Assembly: GCF_963921235.1 (NCBI RefSeq)
Contig: NC_086108.1
Span: forward strand, 4,464,001-4,528,000
Direction of reading: 5' to 3'
Source of the DNA: Mobula hypostoma
Lineage: Eukaryota
Length of the DNA: 64,000 bases
Both the position numbers and the translations under genes were made by a program. Within the stretch, counting starts at the first letter, position 1, and each line of letters starts with the position of its first letter. Below, piece by piece: positions 62,965 through 64,000 of the stretch. Below the pieces are notes generated by a model. That model ran no database searches, was not told where the DNA came from, and saw only the letters and a list, made by a program, of their open reading frames with translations.

Positions 62965-64000
62965 ATGTTCAAAGTTCAAAGTAATATGTTTATCAAAGTA
63001 CAAATACTGTATATGACATTATGCTTCCCTGAGATTCATGCTCTTGCAGACATTTATTGGGAGAACTACAGAAATGCGAGAGAATTTACAAAAAAGATCC
63101 TAGGTAAACAGAGACGGACAAATAACCACTGTGCAAAAGAAGACAAACTGCAAATACGAAATTAATACTGAGAACACGAGGTGTAAAGAGTCCTTGGAAA
63201 TGAGTCATATTTATTTCTCAGTTCAGAGTTGTGGTGAGTGAAGTTATCCACACTGGTTCAGGAGCCTGATGGTTGTGGGGTGATAACTGTTCCTGAACCT
63301 GGTGGTGTGGGACCTGAGGCTCATTGTGGTGAGTGAAGTTATCCACACTGGTTCAGGAGGCTGATGGTTGTGGGGTAATAACTGTTCCTGAACCTGGTGG
63401 TGTGGGACCTGAGGCTCATTGTGGTGAGTGAAGTTATCCACACTGGTTCAGGAGCCTGATGGTTGTGGGGTGATAACTGTTCCTTAACCTGCTGGTGTGG
63501 GACCTGAGGCTCATTGTGGTGAGTGAAGTTATCCACACTGGTTCAGGAGCCTGATGGTTGTGGGGTGATAATTGTTCCTGAACCTGGTGGTGTGGGACCT
63601 GAGGCTCATTGTGGTGAGTGAAGTTATCCACACTGGTTCAGGAGCCTGATGGTTGTGGGGTAATAACTGTTCCTGAACCTGGCGGTGTGGGTTGTGTACC
63701 TCCTGCCGATGGTTGTACAGGCGAAAAGAGAACGTGTGCTGGATGGTGGAGATCTTTGATGGTGGGTGCTTCTTCCTTGCGGCAGCTCTGTATGTGAATA
63801 TACACAGTGGTGAAGAGGACTTTGCCCGTGATGGACTGGACAGTTTCCTCCACTTGCTTGATGCGGAGCACTGCTGGAGTACCATAGTCTTTGGTGAGAA
63901 CTGGATGATTGTTGTGCACTCTCGCTATCAGGAACTGTAAAATGTAGCCAACGTCATCAGTGGGTAGGTCCTCCAGCTGCAACCGTTCGGCAAGGAATGG
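62965..64000 (-). mobile_element. DUF1891-type LINE 3' end containing a second 95-bp array
   Basis: ETVQSITGKVLFTT...IKDLHHP, then repeated HTTRFRNSYHPTTIRLLN. Confidence 0.8.
63228..63690. repeat. 95-bp tandem array, ~5 units
   Basis: ATCCACACTGG at 63246, 63341, 63436, 63531 and 63626. Confidence 0.97.

Noticed and set aside
712..63690. Tandem arrays as CRISPR-like repeat/spacer systems
   Set aside because: Units are head-to-tail with no unique spacers, no cas genes are present, and the context is vertebrate.

Overview
Eukaryotic, non-bacterial DNA. The repeat families point to a cartilaginous fish, probably a ray (inference). The window lies inside one + strand gene, DPF1 (BAF45b/neuro-d4). 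Four internal coding exons (22708-22835, 23817-23906, 30616-30694, 37153-37284) splice in frame and encode the linker and C2H2 zinc finger. The N-terminal Requiem and C-terminal double-PHD exons were not found in the window. The rest is intron, dense in CR1, DUF1891/Rex-Babar-like and RTE LINEs, Penelope-like elements, tRNA-derived SINEs and Tc1/mariner and hAT MITEs. Highlights: (1) a ~16 kb C-rich 42-bp satellite that expanded inside a dispersed repeat whose unexpanded copy is also in the window; (2) repeated 36-95 bp tandem amplification of TE sub-segments, including two near-identical 95-bp arrays 28 kb apart in diverged hosts; (3) two families of minimal hammerhead ribozyme motifs in Penelope-like termini; (4) a bipartite RTE-derived short retroposon alongside its autonomous partner; (5) a palindromic mariner derivative with nested TIRs; (6) a candidate in-frame cassette exon and a TE-free ~1 kb putative enhancer. 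I see no evidence of a wholly new protein-coding system. Most ORFs in the track are repeat artefacts. TE boundaries are approximate, and all family assignments come from recall, not from database searches.
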